64,000 bases of DNA from Candidatus Latescibacterota bacterium (GTDB taxonomy: Bacteria > Latescibacterota > UBA2968). Both the position numbers and the translations under genes were made by a program. Numbering within the stretch: position 1 is the first letter of the stretch; each line of letters begins with the position of its first letter. Where the stretch lies: positions 4,288,001-4,352,000 of the forward strand of contig OZ220741.1 of assembly GCA_965116885.1 (NCBI GenBank). The letters run 5' to 3'. Shown piece after piece: positions 42,434 through 50,879 of the stretch. Under the pieces are notes generated by a model. It had not been told where the DNA came from. It saw nothing but the letters and a program-made list of their open reading frames with translations, and ran no database searches.

Positions 42434-42545
42434 TCCTATAGACTAAATTGTAACCCAATCTTCACCCTCGCTTAATACGATAGAAACAATGATACCTTAT
42501 TTTTAGTGTCATTATTCTGCGTTCCGTTCAGCAAGGAGTTGGGTT

Positions 42546-43394
42546 ATGTTCAACGCCTCATCCAAAAAATCAGATACCAGTCTCGAATACTATCTCAAAG
42601 AACTCTCCCATTCACACCCCCTTTCTGCTTCAGAAGAATTTGAACTCGCCGTCAAAATGAAGCGAGGTGATCTCAAAGCGCGCAATCGTCTGATCAAAGC
42701 CAACCTCCGTTTTGTGGTCAACGTGGCTCTGAAATACCGCAATCAAGGCGTGGCCCTGGCCGACCTGATCAGCGCCGGCAATGTGGGACTCATCACAGCT
42801 ACCGAACGCTTTGACGAAACACGAGGTTTCAAATTTATCTCTTATGCTGTCTGGTGGATTCGCCAATCTATTCTACAGACGCTCGCCGAACAGGGGCGTA
42901 TGATCCGTTTGCCCATCAATCAACTGGATCTGCTGCGCCGGATTAAAAATTTCAGCGATCAGTATCAATCCAATAAAGGCTACATGCCCACAGAGGCAGA
43001 AATCGCCACTGAATTTCACATCACCGAAGATCAGGTCAGCGATATGCTTTCTCACAGTCCAATCGTATTTTCTCTGGACAAACCGATTCACGACGAAGAT
43101 GCAACCCTTATTGATTTGATCCCCGACAAAGACCAGACGCCACCAGACGCTGCTATGTTTAACAATGCCCTGCGAGAAGAAGTCAACGATCTGCTCTACA
43201 CACTGGACGATCGCGAAGCCGACGTCATCCGTCTCTATTTCGGCCTCGACGGCCCCAGTTGGACACTTCAGGCAATAGCCAACAAATATAGCCTCACGCG
43301 TGAGCGCGTGCGGCAAATTAAGGAAAAAGCCCTGCGTAAATTGCGTCACCCCTCTCGGGGACACAAACTCATCGCGTATGCAGAAGCCGGCTAA
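42546..43394 (+). CDS. RpoD/SigA-family sigma factor (short, no region 1.1)
   Basis: ANLRFVV, DLISAGNVGL, RGFKFISYAVWWIRQSI, LTRERVRQIKEKALRKLR. Confidence 0.93.
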   Translation: MFNASSKKSDTSLEYYLKELSHSHPLSASEEFELAVKMKRGDLKARNRLIKANLRFVVNVALKYRNQGVALADLISAGNVGLITATERFDETRGFKFISYAVWWIRQSILQTLAEQGRMIRLPINQLDLLRRIKNFSDQYQSNKGYMPTEAEIATEFHITEDQVSDMLSHSPIVFSLDKPIHDEDATLIDLIPDKDQTPPDAAMFNNALREEVNDLLYTLDDREADVIRLYFGLDGPSWTLQAIANKYSLTRERVRQIKEKALRKLRHPSRGHKLIAYAEAG

Positions 43395-43416
43395 TCCATT
43401 ACATCTCTCCCAGGAT

Positions 43417-43455
43417 AAAAAAGCCTTTGAAGTGCATATCTTCAGAGGCTTTTTT
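43417..43455 (+). terminator. Intrinsic terminator
   Basis: AAAAAAGCCTTTGAAG...CTTCAGAGGCTTTTTT. Confidence 0.75.
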
Positions 43456-43487
43456 ATTTTCCACCAAAACTTGATTTGTCTGGGGTT

Positions 43488-43511
43488 ATTATGTACATTT
43501 CTGTACATAAT
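43488..43511. promoter_or_regulatory. Putative Phd/YefM antitoxin operator
   Basis: Inverted repeat ATTATGTACA-TTTC-TGTACATAAT with two TGTACA hexads. Confidence 0.7.
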
Positions 43512-43526
43512 TGTAAAGGAGGACAA

Positions 43527-43760
43527 ATGAAAACTGTGACTTTCACTGAATTTCGTCAGCATGCGGCGGCGTGTTTAAATGCCGTTGAACAGGGTGAGAC
43601 GTTTCGTATCTTGCGACACGGCAAGCCCGTCGCTGATTTAACACCTATAAAAACAGACAACTCTGTGCCTTCCTGGAAACGGTGTATTGAACCAATCAGG
43701 CTAAAAGGTATTTCTGTTTCAGATATGATAATAAAAGAAAGAGATGAGTACGGACGATGA
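43527..43760 (+). CDS. Phd/YefM-family antitoxin
   Basis: MKTVTFTEFRQH....L..VEQGETFRILRHGKPVA.L.P; AGGAGG RBS. Confidence 0.9.
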   Translation: MKTVTFTEFRQHAAACLNAVEQGETFRILRHGKPVADLTPIKTDNSVPSWKRCIEPIRLKGISVSDMIIKERDEYGR

Positions 43761-44179
43761 ATGCTTTTTTTGATTCTTCTGCCCTTGTCAAAAGATATGT
43801 TGAAGAAGATGGACGAGAAAGAGTTATCAATATCTTTGAAGAGGCAAGTGCTATAGGGGTAAGTGTTATCTGTTTTCCCGAGGTTATTTCGGCATTTTGC
43901 AGGTTACAGCGAGAAGGGAATTTGGACAAGCCTCAATATGAGCGAATTAAAGGCGATATGATTGCAGATTTTGAAGACTTCTTTATTTCTGCGATTACCC
44001 CACAAGTAAGAGGGTGTGTTACACGTCTTTTAGAAACATATTCTTTGCGCGCTATGGATGCACTGCACCTCGGAAGTGCTATTGAATGGCAAGCCGATAC
44101 CTTTGTTTCGGGAGACAAGCGTCAGATTATTGCAGCTCAAAATGAAGGATTAGATGTACTTGATATCCAGGATGAATAA
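43757..44179 (+). CDS. vapC: VapC (PIN domain) toxin
   Basis: FFDSSALVKRYVEE, LRAMDALHL.SA, FVSGD; ATGA overlap with the antitoxin. Confidence 0.9.
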   Translation: MNAFFDSSALVKRYVEEDGRERVINIFEEASAIGVSVICFPEVISAFCRLQREGNLDKPQYERIKGDMIADFEDFFISAITPQVRGCVTRLLETYSLRAMDALHLGSAIEWQADTFVSGDKRQIIAAQNEGLDVLDIQDE

Positions 44180-44260
44180 GGTTTTTTCCCTCTTTTTTTG
44201 ACTTTGCTTTATTTTTATTTTTTAAGTCACTATTTACCGAGACCCAACAGGAGGCAAGCA

Positions 44261-44830
44261 ATGGACGTTTTGGAAGCCATTCACACGCGGCGCACAATTT
44301 TTAAGTTCAAACCAGGTGGTGTGCCCAAAGATGTAATCGAAAAAATTTTTGAAGCCGGTCTGTGGGCGCCCAATCACCATTTGACAGAACCGTGGCGGTT
44401 TGTAGTCCTGGGAGAAGAAACCAAAGAAATACTGGCGCAACGCTACAGCGAAATTCAGGAGGCAAAAGCGGCTGAAGGTGCCAGCGACGAGGCCAGGCGC
44501 ATATTAAAAGATGCCGGTTATGACAAGTTCATGTCAAAGCCCACAATTATTGCGGTGGCGTGTTTGCAAGATGGCGATGACATCAAGAACAGAGAAGATT
44601 ATGCGGCTGCGTGTTGCGCCATGCAAAATGTACAGTTGGCTGCCTGGGCAGAAGGGGTTGGCATGCAGTGGAGCACGGGGCCGATCACGCTGGAAGAAAA
44701 CACCTACAAATTGCTGGGTGTAGATACCGGGAACGAATACATCATCGGATTTTTCTATACCGGATATCCCGATGAAATTCCAGAACCGAGGCGCAAGCCC
44801 CTCGAAGAAGTACTGAGCTGGACGGATTGA
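44261..44830 (+). CDS. Nitroreductase family protein
   Basis: MDVLEAIHTRRTI..F, WAPNHHLTEPWRF, AMQNVQLAA.AEG.G; CAGGAGG RBS. Confidence 0.9.
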   Translation: MDVLEAIHTRRTIFKFKPGGVPKDVIEKIFEAGLWAPNHHLTEPWRFVVLGEETKEILAQRYSEIQEAKAAEGASDEARRILKDAGYDKFMSKPTIIAVACLQDGDDIKNREDYAAACCAMQNVQLAAWAEGVGMQWSTGPITLEENTYKLLGVDTGNEYIIGFFYTGYPDEIPEPRRKPLEEVLSWTD

Positions 44831-45654
44831 TTCCGCTAACCATGAATGGCTTTGAATTTTTTATCCTCTATCGCCTGCCCTATTTTGCATTGCCTTTCTA
44901 TCTTATCATGCTTGGCGTGCGAATATGGGTGTGGATGCGGTTTTACAACCCCGCGCTCAAGCTATTGCCACGCGCCAGAGGATCTGTATATGGCGTGTGG
45001 AAGCAGCAGTACCGCCCAACCATTCACATTTTTCCCGGATCGCGCTCACAAAGCACAGAATGGAAGCGTGCGATAAAAGGCTTTGTTTTTTTTATTGGTC
45101 TCTATAAGCGCGACAAAATACTGTGGCTGGGCTCCTGGTCCCTCCATTTGGGGCTGCTCCTAGTAATTGTTGCCCATGTCCGCGTGATTTTGCCGCTTGA
45201 CCTGGACCCAATCTGTTTGCGCATCGCATTGATCGGCAGTGGATTGATGGCAGTGTCGGGCACTTATTTATTGCTGCGTCGGATAATCGTTCAACGCGTG
45301 CGAGAAATTACAGACTTTCGGGACTATCTCGCGGAATTCATCCTCCTGTTTTTTTCTGCGACAGCATTTCTCGTGATGTTAGACGGTGGCGTGTCATCCG
45401 AAGCCCTGCGCCACTATGTATCTGGGCTGTTGATGAACACAGTGGAAGTTATTGAAGTGCCACACATTTTTGTCTGGCACATGCTCGCCGCCCAGCTCTT
45501 ATTGATGGTGATCCCATTTTCCCATCTGTTGCATCTGGGCGGGATTTTTTTCAGTCGCGAATTTCTGGGCACATCCGATACATTTGCGGGGGAATTTGGA
45601 TCGGGATTTTCAGGATTAAAGGATGAGCAGGATGAAAAGATGAAAAACTCGTAG
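44827..45654 (+). CDS. dsrM: DsrM/NarI-like di-heme cytochrome b membrane subunit
   Basis: Multi-TM with His pairs SLHLGLLLVIVAHVR and VWHM...IPFSHLLH, plus LLRR...VREIT..DY. Alternative start ATG 44842. Confidence 0.8.
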   Translation: MIPLTMNGFEFFILYRLPYFALPFYLIMLGVRIWVWMRFYNPALKLLPRARGSVYGVWKQQYRPTIHIFPGSRSQSTEWKRAIKGFVFFIGLYKRDKILWLGSWSLHLGLLLVIVAHVRVILPLDLDPICLRIALIGSGLMAVSGTYLLLRRIIVQRVREITDFRDYLAEFILLFFSATAFLVMLDGGVSSEALRHYVSGLLMNTVEVIEVPHIFVWHMLAAQLLLMVIPFSHLLHLGGIFFSREFLGTSDTFAGEFGSGFSGLKDEQDEKMKNS

Positions 45655-45711
45655 GGGCGGTGCGTGAACGGGTCTGGACAGCGCCCCGTTGTACACCGCT
45701 CGTGCCCGCCC
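45651..45711. repeat. REP-like (GTAG-type) palindromic element
   Basis: GTAGGGGCG...CGCCCC stem between the dsrM-like and dsrK-like genes. Confidence 0.4.
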
Positions 45712-45729
45712 ATCGCAGGGATTGAACGA

Positions 45730-47064
45730 ATGGAACGAGAAAAAAAATACATTCCATCGGGCCTGGCTGGCACGTATATGCGGCGCATTGCCGAATCGGA
45801 TCCGTTTGTCCGCGAGATCCAGGATGAACCGTCGGCATTGCGTTTGTACATGGATACGTGTACCAAATGTGGGGTGTGTGCGCAGGAATGCCCGGTGTAT
45901 TACGGGCAGCCCGATAAGCGTATGCATCCGGTGGAACGCTCTCGGCAAGTGATTCGTTTATACAAAAAATATACGACATTTTGGGGGCGATTTTGGAACG
46001 CCATTTTTCCAAAGCCAGATTTTGAAGATAATGATGCCGAGTTGTTTGCCGAGCGCATGTACGAGTGTTTGACGTGTCGGCGGTGTGCGGCATTTTGTCC
46101 TGTGGGAATCGATCATTCGGTGATCTCGCGCGTTGGACGCTCACTTGTCGATTTAATGGGTTTGACGCCGCCATCCCTTGCTCAGGGTACGCACAATTCG
46201 TTTGAAACAGGCAATTTGGAAGGTGCGTCAGCCGAGGCATTTTTAGACGCGATTCAATTTATCGAAGAAGAGCTCAAAGAAGAAACGGGACGAGATATTG
46301 CCATTCCCTTAGACCGCGAAGGCGCGGAAATTTTCTTTTTGCCACCATCGGGTGATGTGCTGGTTTATGCTGAAAACTTAATGGGTATGGCAAAAATTTT
46401 TCACGCCATCGGTGCCGATTGGACGATGAGCTCGCGGGCATTTGACGGATCGAATTTCGGATTTACGACCGGCAATAATTTTTCAATGAAGTACGAGAAC
46501 AAACACTACATCGACGCATGCGAAAAATTGGGATGTAAGATCATGGTAATGGGTGAATGCGGACATGCGTATCGGGTGATGAAGTTCATGGCCAGCGAAG
46601 GACGCTGGTGGGGTGCATTGCCTTTTGAGATTACCAGTGGGTTTGAATATACGGCACAACTTATTCGCACGGGCAAACTGAAATTGGATCCTGGCAAAAA
46701 TCCCGATCCCGTGACCTATCACGACGCTTGCCAATTTGCTGCCGGGTGCGGGATTGTTGAGGAACCCAGAGAGATTTTGAAAGCGGCCTGTGTCGATTAC
46801 CGCGAAATGCCCGATGGTGGGTACACGCAGTGGTGTTGCGGTGGTGGCGGCGGGTTATCGGCACTCCGCTCGGTGCGCGCGTTTCGAATGGAGGTCTCGG
46901 GCAAAAAGAAAGCAGAGCAAATGCGCGAGACCGATGCGGAGATCGTATCGACCTCGTGTTTGCAGTGCCGCACACAACTCAAAGAAATCGCGCGCCATCA
47001 CAAAATGCCACTAAAAATTACAGGTGTACACGAGTTGATCAACAATGCGATTGTACTGGAATAG
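45730..47064 (+). CDS. dsrK: DsrK/HdrD-like Fe-S oxidoreductase with CCG domain
   Basis: CTKCGVCAQEC, CLTCRRCAAFCP.GID, GECGHA, TYHDAC, WCCGGGGG, SCLQC. Start uncertain (45664, 45730 or 45778). Confidence 0.82.
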   Translation: MEREKKYIPSGLAGTYMRRIAESDPFVREIQDEPSALRLYMDTCTKCGVCAQECPVYYGQPDKRMHPVERSRQVIRLYKKYTTFWGRFWNAIFPKPDFEDNDAELFAERMYECLTCRRCAAFCPVGIDHSVISRVGRSLVDLMGLTPPSLAQGTHNSFETGNLEGASAEAFLDAIQFIEEELKEETGRDIAIPLDREGAEIFFLPPSGDVLVYAENLMGMAKIFHAIGADWTMSSRAFDGSNFGFTTGNNFSMKYENKHYIDACEKLGCKIMVMGECGHAYRVMKFMASEGRWWGALPFEITSGFEYTAQLIRTGKLKLDPGKNPDPVTYHDACQFAAGCGIVEEPREILKAACVDYREMPDGGYTQWCCGGGGGLSALRSVRAFRMEVSGKKKAEQMRETDAEIVSTSCLQCRTQLKEIARHHKMPLKITGVHELINNAIVLE

Positions 47065-47074
47065 CCTATAGCTC

Positions 47075-48292
47075 ATGTCTGATTTAATTTACATGGACAA
47101 CGCGGCGACGACGTTTCCAAAGCCCCCCAGTGTGCTGGAAGACGCGCTGGCATTTTATCGAAAATACGGGGTAAATCCCGGGCGCAGTGGCACGGATCTG
47201 GCGCGCGAGGCCGAGGCTATGGTCGCCGAAGCGCGTACATCACTCGCGTCGTTTTTTGGAGCCACGGGCAGTCCCGACCGGCTTGTGTTTACACACAATG
47301 CCTCGGATGCGTTGAATATTGCGATTCAGGGCACGTTGAAATCCGGCGATCACGTAATTACAACTTGTCTGGATCACAATTCGGTTTTGCGCCCGATATA
47401 CCATCTCTCAAAATATGAGGGAATTGAGGCGACTTATGTGGGCTTTGGGACAGATGGCTTTATCGACCCGGAGGATATTGATAGGGCGATCAGGCCAAAC
47501 ACAAAACTCGTCGTGATGACCCATGCATCCAATGTACTGGGCACTGTGCAACCCGTAGCAGCCGTCGGCGCAATCTGCCGCGCAAGCGGTGTAATTTTTT
47601 GCGTTGATGTGGCGCAAACAGCGGGCATGTTGCCCATTGATATGGAGGCAATGCAGGCCGACATTTTGTGTTTTACCGGACACAAGTCACTCATGGGACC
47701 AACGGGGACTGGTGGGATGTACGTGCGCGACGGGGTGACAATTGCACCGTTGCGATACGGCGGAACGGGTGTGCGATCGGAGTATCCCGATCACCTAAGC
47801 GAGTATCCCTGGCGATTGGAGTGTGGCACGGGCAACCTGATGGGTATTGCGGGGCTGTTATACGCGCAAAAATGGATGCAACGCAAAGGCATAGAAAATA
47901 TTCACGCACGCGAGATGGCTTTGTTCAAACAACTGGTCAATGGCCTGCGCGAAGTCGATGGGACCATTTTGTATTGCGCTGAAAATTTTGATCAACACGT
48001 ACCTGTATTGTCAGCCAATATCGAAGGGATGACTGCAAACAATGTGGGTACATTGCTGGATGTGAAGTTCAATGTGGCAACGCGTACGGGATTGCAATGC
48101 GCGCCAAAGGTACATGAAACTCTGGGTACGAAAGCGATGAAGGGTACGGTACGTATTTCATTGGGACCCTTTAATACCGAAGCACAAATTGAAACTGTGA
48201 TCGAGGGCTTGAGCGATATTTCCCAACGGCACGGACGACGCGATGTACAATTGCACCAGCAGGTAAAAGGTCAGGTGCGGAATGGCGTATGA
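47075..48292 (+). CDS. Class V PLP cysteine desulfurase/selenocysteine lyase family protein
   Basis: IYMDNAATTFPKP, VNPGRSG, HNSVLRP, THASNV.G, DVAQTAG, FTGHKSLMGP, catalytic RTGLQCAP. Confidence 0.92.
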   Translation: MSDLIYMDNAATTFPKPPSVLEDALAFYRKYGVNPGRSGTDLAREAEAMVAEARTSLASFFGATGSPDRLVFTHNASDALNIAIQGTLKSGDHVITTCLDHNSVLRPIYHLSKYEGIEATYVGFGTDGFIDPEDIDRAIRPNTKLVVMTHASNVLGTVQPVAAVGAICRASGVIFCVDVAQTAGMLPIDMEAMQADILCFTGHKSLMGPTGTGGMYVRDGVTIAPLRYGGTGVRSEYPDHLSEYPWRLECGTGNLMGIAGLLYAQKWMQRKGIENIHAREMALFKQLVNGLREVDGTILYCAENFDQHVPVLSANIEGMTANNVGTLLDVKFNVATRTGLQCAPKVHETLGTKAMKGTVRISLGPFNTEAQIETVIEGLSDISQRHGRRDVQLHQQVKGQVRNGV

Positions 48293-48605
48293 AATTGTGA
48301 CGCTGGGCGGCAAAGAAATTGAGGTAGATGAAGATGGATTTATCCAACAGCCCGAGCTTTGGGACGAAGATGTAGCGCGCGATCTGGCCCGACAAGATGG
48401 TATTGAAGAGATGAGTGAAGATCACTGGCAGGTCGTGTATTATATCCGCAATTATTGGTTGAAATTTGAAATCGCCCCATTGATCCGCCGCCTTTGTAAA
48501 GAGACGGAGAAAGATATCGATACAATTTACGACCTGTTTTCTGCTGGTCCCGCAGATGGCGCGTGTAAAATCGCAGGTCTGCCGACGCCTACGGGTTGTA
48601 CGTGA
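48282..48605 (+). CDS. dsrC: DsrC/TusE sulfur carrier with both C-terminal cysteines
   Basis: VDEDGFI, W.E..A..LA, HWQVVYYIR, LF..GPA.GACKIAGLPTPTGCT (C-X10-C). Confidence 0.92.
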   Translation: MAYEIVTLGGKEIEVDEDGFIQQPELWDEDVARDLARQDGIEEMSEDHWQVVYYIRNYWLKFEIAPLIRRLCKETEKDIDTIYDLFSAGPADGACKIAGLPTPTGCT

Positions 48606-48644
48606 TCATTAAACAAAAAAATAAGACAAAAAATGAGGCCCAAA

Positions 48645-48911
48645 ATGTCGTCTATAAAGATTGAATGTCCCGCCCACATTCTGGATGCCCTAAAAGAAAC
48701 TCCTGATGAATTTGCACGGGAAGCACGGATACTCTTGGCAGCAAAGCTATATGAAATTGGTCGCTTATCCTCAGGGAGAGCCGCGGAACTCGCAGGCTTG
48801 GGTAGAGTAGCTTTTTTTGATATGTTGAAGTCTTACAAAGTGCCTGTCGCAAATTTAACCCGTGAAGAGTTAAAAAAGGACTTTGAGAGTGCCAGGAAGA
48901 TGCGTGGTTGA
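48645..48911 (+). CDS. UPF0175-family putative antitoxin
   Basis: LAAKLYEIGRLSSGRAAELAGLGRVAF.D.L..Y.VP. Confidence 0.85.
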   Translation: MSSIKIECPAHILDALKETPDEFAREARILLAAKLYEIGRLSSGRAAELAGLGRVAFFDMLKSYKVPVANLTREELKKDFESARKMRG

Positions 48912-48934
48912 TGCAGACGATTTTTAGGCCGATA

Positions 48935-48968
48935 AAAATAGCGACCTCATTAATGAGGTCGCTATTTT
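48935..48968. terminator. Perfect 34-bp palindrome, bidirectional terminator
   Basis: AAAATAGCGACCTCATTAATGAGGTCGCTATTTT between convergent genes. Confidence 0.75.
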
Positions 48969-48993
48969 ATTTTTTAAAATTTTTACATATGAA

Positions 48994-49893
48994 CTATTGC
49001 CCTGTACGCGCTTGAATATTCGACATATCTTCAATAATCGTGAGCAAACCCGAGTGGTCGAGTTCGCCGCGGCCTTTGACCATTGCGGTCTTAAAAAGCT
49101 CAAAAACCTCACTGGTAACGGGCAGGGGCACGTCGAAATCATTGCTCGTTTTCTGGATGATATTGAGGTCTTTGTAGTGCAGGCGAATGCGAAAGCCGGG
49201 ATCAAAATCGCCATTGACCATGCGCTCACCCCTGTTTTCAAGTACACCGCAGCGAGCGAGGCCCCCGCTGAGCACCTGAACGATTTTGATTGGATCAACG
49301 CCCGCTTTGGTACCCATTGTGAGGGCTTCTGATACACCGGCAATCGTGACGGCAACGAGGATTTGATTGCACGCTTTCACGGTTTGCCCTGCGCCGAGAG
49401 GCCCACACAAAATCGCACTTTGGCCCATAACGTCAAAGAGCGGTTTGACCGTGTTGAACGTGTCTTCATCGCCGCCAACCATAATCGAAAGGGTCGCGTT
49501 TTGGGCACCGATATCACCGCCGCTAACGGGTGCATCGAGACTTTGGACGCCTTTTTCCGCGAGCACCTCCCCCACCCTTGTGGTGACACTGGGCGCAATC
49601 GTGCTCATATCGACGAAAACCAGCCCCTCGTGCGCGCCTTCAAGAATACCCCCTTCGCCCAAAGCGACACTCTCGACATCGGGTGAATCGGGCAACATAG
49701 TGATAACGATATCGCTTTGCTCAGCCACCTCTTTGCCAGAATGCGCTTCTGCTGCCCCTTTACCCACGAGTTCATCGACCGCATCTCGATTGCGGTTGTG
49801 TACAACGAGTTCATATCCAGCATCTATCAAATGACCGGCCATCGGTTTGCCCATGATCCCGAGACCGATAAACCCAATTTTTGGCTTCGACAT
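48994..49893 (-). CDS. garR: 2-hydroxy-3-oxopropionate (tartronate semialdehyde) reductase family
   Basis: IGFIGLGIMGKPMA, MLPDSPDV, DAPVSGG, GAGQTVKACNQ, PGFRIRLHYKDL. Confidence 0.88.
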   Translation of the reverse strand: MSKPKIGFIGLGIMGKPMAGHLIDAGYELVVHNRNRDAVDELVGKGAAEAHSGKEVAEQSDIVITMLPDSPDVESVALGEGGILEGAHEGLVFVDMSTIAPSVTTRVGEVLAEKGVQSLDAPVSGGDIGAQNATLSIMVGGDEDTFNTVKPLFDVMGQSAILCGPLGAGQTVKACNQILVAVTIAGVSEALTMGTKAGVDPIKIVQVLSGGLARCGVLENRGERMVNGDFDPGFRIRLHYKDLNIIQKTSNDFDVPLPVTSEVFELFKTAMVKGRGELDHSGLLTIIEDMSNIQARTGQ

Positions 49894-49941
49894 GTATTAA
49901 ACTCCTTTCAACGAAAATATAATTTGTCAAAACAAGGATTT

Positions 49942-50865
49942 CTACAACTTCCTCAACTCCGCAAGCGAGGGAAAGGCATGACTCTCCCACACCCGCACGA
50001 TCACTCCATCCACGATATAGGCCAGACGCGGATAGCCGTGCCCAAAGGTCAAGCGCTTGAAATCGACAAAAGAAATAGTTGCTATGGTAAAGCGCGGTCG
50101 AAACTGCATTTTGAACTGCGCGGTCACGGGATGATCTTTGGGATACTGGCTCAAAGCAATCAATCTGGGCACCTCTGGATCGGCAGCCCAGAAATTGAGC
50201 TTAGGCACGGCGGCCTGGCAATAGTGACAACTTGGACTAAACAACTCGATCAGATAGGCTCCACGCGTCAAATCGATATCTGTATCTAACAGGGATAAAC
50301 CTTTCAGATAATCGCCCACTTGCAGGTCTGAATCAGCTATTCGATCGCGCTCGGGCACATATCTAAAACCCAGTACAGCCAGAGCAACCAATCCACCGAC
50401 CAGAACCACCCACCTGCTCCATGCCCACAGCGCAACAGACCGCCGACGCAGCCCCCACCAGGAAAAGACCAGCAACCCCAGCATAATACAATTTTCCACC
50501 ATTGCCTCAGTTGGCGACCGATCCACCAGAGTACCAAAACACCCACAACTCTCCCCCATCCCCCGATGCAAGGCATGGGCGGTAATCGCGATAAAAAAAA
50601 CCATCATCACCACACCTATAGGCAAAACGAGACGCGGCTTCCAATCGACCAGAAGCGCGAGACCCACCAGGCATTCTAACGGGCCGAGCAACAGAGCCAA
50701 TTTGGCGACCATTTCCACTGTCTCGCGCCCGACAAAAATCTGGGCAGGCACCACAGCCTCCCAAAAAAAGAGTACGGGGTCCCATATCTTAGTCAGGCCA
50801 GCCACGAGAAAAACCACACCCATAATTCTCTGGCTTACCCACAGGCTCTTTTCTAATCCACTCAT
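49942..50865 (-). CDS. MauE/DoxX-type membrane protein fused to a thioredoxin-like domain
   Basis: GVVFLVAGLTK, SCGCFG (MauE motif), C-terminal FSPSCHYC and YP. Confidence 0.75.
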   Translation of the reverse strand: MSGLEKSLWVSQRIMGVVFLVAGLTKIWDPVLFFWEAVVPAQIFVGRETVEMVAKLALLLGPLECLVGLALLVDWKPRLVLPIGVVMMVFFIAITAHALHRGMGESCGCFGTLVDRSPTEAMVENCIMLGLLVFSWWGLRRRSVALWAWSRWVVLVGGLVALAVLGFRYVPERDRIADSDLQVGDYLKGLSLLDTDIDLTRGAYLIELFSPSCHYCQAAVPKLNFWAADPEVPRLIALSQYPKDHPVTAQFKMQFRPRFTIATISFVDFKRLTFGHGYPRLAYIVDGVIVRVWESHAFPSLAELRKL

Positions 50866-50879
50866 AGATGTTTCCTCTT

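Noticed and set aside
42873..43562. Long antisense or alternative-frame ORFs (e.g. 42873-43562, 39175-39870, 45551-46240, 33963-34613)
   Set aside because: Shadows of well-supported genes, with no recognisable motifs
48596..48605. Sec readthrough at the DsrC TGA
   Set aside because: GC-X-stop is the normal DsrC C-terminus
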